NCBI RefSeq assembly: GCF_001194135.2
Contig: NC_069003.1
Span: 7,667,519 to 7,708,252, forward strand
Direction: 5' to 3'
Source of the DNA: Octopus bimaculoides
Lineage: Eukaryota
Length of the DNA stretch: 40,734 nucleotides
Made by a program: the position numbers and the translations under genes
Notes under the pieces: generated by a model
Seen by the model: only the letters and a program-made list of their open reading frames with translations
Databases searched by the model: none
What the model was told of the DNA's origin: nothing
In this document: positions 37,500 through 40,734 of the stretch, one piece after another
How positions within the stretch are numbered: the first letter of the stretch is position 1
How the letters are laid out: each line of letters opens with the position of its first letter

Positions 37500-37723
37500 A
37501 TATATGAGTGTATATGTATGTATATATGTATGAATATGTATACATTATGAATGTATATACATAAACCTATATACGTGTGTATATATATACATATATATAT
37601 ATATATATCGCTCAGAGATTTAACATAACGTCTCTCTCTCTCTCTTTTACGAGATCAGCGACCGTGAGTCGCTAGAAAAGTATATAGTAATTTGCGAGTG
37701 GAATGAACTTCCATCACTAGCTA

Positions 37724-37782
37724 GTGATTAACACATGCTGAGGACGGGTAACCACCCAGAAACTCGAGTCCGTGTGTATCAC
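37724..37782 (+). ncRNA. Type I hammerhead ribozyme, minimal/dimer type, predicted cleavage after C37770 (GUC)
   Basis: Stem I ACACATG(37731-37)/CGTGTGT(37771-77), plus a 2-nt bulge and GTGAT/ATCAC; core CTGAGGA 37738-44; stem II (C.A)GGGT-AACC-ACCC; GAAA 37759-62; palindromic stem III ACTCGAGT; GTC triplet. Confidence 0.88.
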
Positions 37783-37850
37783 GTAAGGCTAGAGATGGGA
37801 GCGATGACCTCACCTCGCAAATACTAATCGGACACAGACTGTGTGTCATT

Positions 37851-37924
37851 AGAACGTAAAGACGACCGAAATGCCGCAAAGCATTTTGGCCAGTATGCTA
37901 ATATTTCTGCCAGCTCGCTGCCTT
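37851..37924 (-). mobile_element. SINE family A head fragment
   Basis: GGCAGCGAGCTGGCAGAAATATTAGCA on minus. Confidence 0.75.
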
Positions 37925-37956
37925 AATAATAATAATAATAAGAAGAAGAAGAAGAA

Positions 37957-38306
37957 GAAGAGCACTCAGAGAGCGCAAACCTGCGCCATGGCAACACCAA
38001 TGTCCTCTCAACGATTAGCTAGAGATGATTTTTTAAATGAGAATATCTGAAATAAATTCGACTGCTCTCACAAACGAGAATACTTAAAATGAACCCGACC
38101 GCTCTCAAAAATTGATTTAAAAAATAGGAGAAATCATCCAGATTGATCCCCAAATCTAATTAGTTCGTGCCAGTTACGAGGCCAAACATCCCTGAAAGTT
38201 TCATCCGAATCCATCCAGCAGTTCTTGAGATATCATGTCCACGGATAAACAAACAAACAAACACGACTGAAAACAATACCTCCGCCTTCGCTAGGGCGGA
38301 GGTAAT
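37957..38306 (+). mobile_element. Non-autonomous Helentron-type element (HINE-like) with a 3' stem-loop
   Basis: 5' ACCTGCGCC (37979-87); internal (AAAC)n; terminal perfect 10-bp hairpin TACCTCCGCC-ttcgctag-GGCGGAGGTA (38277-38304); inserted in an AAT/AAG tract. Confidence 0.65.
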
Positions 38307-38311
38307 AATAA

Positions 38312-38531
38312 TCTTTCTTCTCTAGGCACAAAGCCTGAAATTTTTGGGAAGAGGACTGGTTGATTACATTGACCCCAGTGCTCGACTGGTACTTATCTTA
38401 TCTTTTTTGTCGACCCCGAAAGGATAAAAGACAAAGTCGACCTTAGCGGAATTTGAACTCAGAACGTAAGGACGGATGAAATGTCTCTAAGCTTTTTGCT
38501 TGGCGTGCTAACGATTCTGCCAGCTCGCCGC
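38312..38531 (-). mobile_element. SINE family A, full-length
   Basis: Family A head, body and tail. Confidence 0.85.
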
Positions 38532-38713
38532 TTTTGGATACACAACAATTAATAATGTCAATAGCCGTAACAATAATAATAATAATAATAAGTATACAGC
38601 AACAAATAAATTCACAACAGCAATAACATATACATAACAACGATCCGCTACGAACAGCAGACTCACTAACATCGACAGCTGCAACAACAACCGCAACAAC
38701 AACAACAACAGCA

Positions 38714-38754
<41 letters not shown>

Positions 38755-39223
38755 AGGCAGTTGTAAACCACCCGTGTTATTATCTTCAGATAACTCCAGA
38801 AAAAAAAAAATCTAAAATTCTTTGTCAAGAAACTGGATCAAGAATTTAGTAAGAAATATTTTTGTGAACTGAACAAAATACTTCTTGAAATTATGAAATA
38901 TTTGGTCTATCCCAGGTATCAACTGAGATTATTCCATAATTCCTTCAGCCAAAGAGAGCGCCTCTACGTAGTCATGGAACTGCTAGATATAGCAATTAAA
39001 TATGCCTCAAATTATAGCGCACGGTCTCTGGTTCGGCTAGTAATAGCAGCCAGTTTTCTCTCAAAGTCACATCCTATTCTGGGAAAAGAACACAATATCT
39101 ATCTATCTATCTATCTATACACATATGCGTGAGTCGTCTAAGAGACCATAAGTCAGGGAAAAGATGCGCTCCTATATCTGTCAGTAGAGTAGGTATATTA
39201 TTCTAAATGTTTAGTATTAAATA

Positions 39224-39331
39224 TCCATCATGGCTGATCTTACCAATCTGTTTCGCGTAAAGAATACAATGGAGTGTTTGGTAACAAACCGATTATATAA
39301 CCTTACGCTCATCAGAGTTAGCCGATATGGA
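39224..39331 (-). ncRNA. Type I hammerhead ribozyme with extended stem II, predicted GUA cleavage between 39241 and 39240
   Basis: Minus strand: TCCATATCGGCTAACT-CTGATGA-GCGTAAGG-[38 nt]-CTTTACGC-GAAA-CAGATTG-GTA-AGATCAGCCATGATGGA. Stem I pairs as 2+4+5 bp with internal loops; stem III is weak and pseudo-palindromic. Confidence 0.72.
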
Positions 39332-39380
39332 AGGGAATATAGCGACTAGTCTCCCTTCCATATCGGCTAATTCTGATGAG
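39308..39380. repeat. 29-bp inverted repeat with a 15-nt loop; each arm carries a CTGATGA hammerhead core
   Basis: CTCATCAGAGTTAGCCGATATGGAAGGGA (39308-36) versus TCCCTTCCATATCGGCTAATTCTGATGAG (39352-80); one difference, a G.U pair on plus. Confidence 0.95.
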
Positions 39381-40279
39381 TTAAAGTGGTAACAAAAGCA
39401 GGATTGTAAGAATAAAATAGCAAAAACAAACGTTGAGGGTTGTTAAGCCATAACGAGGTGAAGTGTTGAACGCTGGAGAAAGGAGCTGTGACAAGAGACA
39501 GGCAAAAGTAGGTCTTATCTCTTATAAAGCAAGGGGGGAAAAACAACGGTAGCCGCTGGTCGCGTGTGAGTAACGAGAGTCACGGATGAAGAGTGAGGAA
39601 TTCCCCTTCACCGTTCTCTTTCTCTCCGTCTCTCTCTCTCTCTCTCTCACTCTTCCTCCTTGGTAATGAGAAGGATGGAGGAGCAGGGGGGGGGGAGGTG
39701 GGTCCATCACGGGTCGACCGCGTTCGAGTAAGGCTGATAATCAGTTATTTTTTAAAGAATATTTACAACTACACACATTATCCAAAGTGTCTTTTCGTTT
39801 TTTGTTTTTGTCTTTCCAATGACGATTAGGTATGATTTAAGAGAAGATTTAGATGTCAATTCTCACGACTGAATCGATCTCACAGAAACTCACCTCACAC
39901 GATGCTTTTATCGATGTTACTGTTGTTTTCTTCTGATTCCGGCTGTTGTTGTCAATTGTGTTGTTGCTACAACCGATTTTGAGAAAAACCAATTTCAAAT
40001 AAAAACTTTCGAGATTTTCTGCACCCTTTCATCCATTACTATCGTTGGAAATAGTTTTATAGAATCAATATAATAGAATCGATATATAAATAATATCGTT
40101 TGTAGTAACTGCCTTAGGACACAGTGGTTCTCTTTCTAAAACAACATACTGAAATGGCAGAGGAATCTAAGGTAATATAGTGCAATAGAAAGCAATGCAG
40201 CGTAGTAAAAAATCATATAGTATCGTTTAGTAGAAAGTAGTGTAATATAGCATGGTAGAATGTGGTGTAATGTAGCGGA

Positions 40280-40510
40280 AGGACTGTTTTTTCGAAGTCG
40301 CGTCTTGTCCTAACCTTCGAAAAGCAGAGTAGATAAAACAGGGGACAACTGACGAAGGGATTGTTCTTTATGTTGCTCGTCTCATTTCTCTATTTGTTTC
40401 TTTCGTTGTCCCCAAAAAAGTTCGTTTTCCATGTTTTTTTTTTATGTCCTCGTTTTTCATTTTGTTCACGTTTTTTTTGACGCCCTGTACCCACATATGC
40501 ATGTATAAAT
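40280..40510 (+). repeat. Interspersed repeat shared with 32940-33075, with an upstream CTGACGAAGGG segment
   Basis: Direct similarity between the two copies; the Penelope-like assignment is only an inference. Confidence 0.6.
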
Positions 40511-40594
40511 ACATATATATGTAGGTATGTACATATATGTATGTATATTATATACATACATACATATATATATATATATTCTTTAGATATATAT

Positions 40595-40701
40595 AATTAT
40601 ATAAATGCTTTATATATATATGTATATAATGCTTTATATATATATATATACATGCTTTATATATATATGTATATAATGCTTTATATATATATATATACAT
40701 G

Positions 40702-40734
<33 letters not shown>
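40595..40734. repeat. AT-rich minisatellite of (TA)n blocks punctuated by ATGCTT
   Basis: ATGCTTTATATATATA recurs five times. Confidence 0.85.

Overview
This is a repeat-dominated eukaryotic window (AT-rich, about ten assembly gaps, very dense di-/tri-/tetranucleotide microsatellites). I found no supportable host protein-coding exon; most ORFs in the track are microsatellite, N-gap or SINE artefacts. The tRNA-derived SINE families and microsatellite load look like an octopus (coleoid cephalopod) genome, which is an inference. Contents: more than 30 copies or fragments of three SINE families (called A, B, C here), a decayed Gypsy element with a 312-bp 3' LTR, PPT and integrase, a mariner 5' end, a Chapaev-like transposase fragment, an R2/NeSL-like RT fragment, three hAT-type MITEs with 8-bp TSDs, and a Helentron-type (HINE-like) element. 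The most interesting signal is self-cleaving RNA. (1) A near-intact type I hammerhead ribozyme at 37724-37782 has a palindromic, dimer-type stem III and caps a ~140-nt rod, as in retrozyme/Penelope-type elements. (2) A second hammerhead on the minus strand at 39224-39331 has an unusually long stem II, and its core lies inside a 29-bp inverted repeat shared with a back-to-back degenerate twin. (3) Two further eroded hammerhead relics are present. All structures were paired by hand; no folding software or database search was run.
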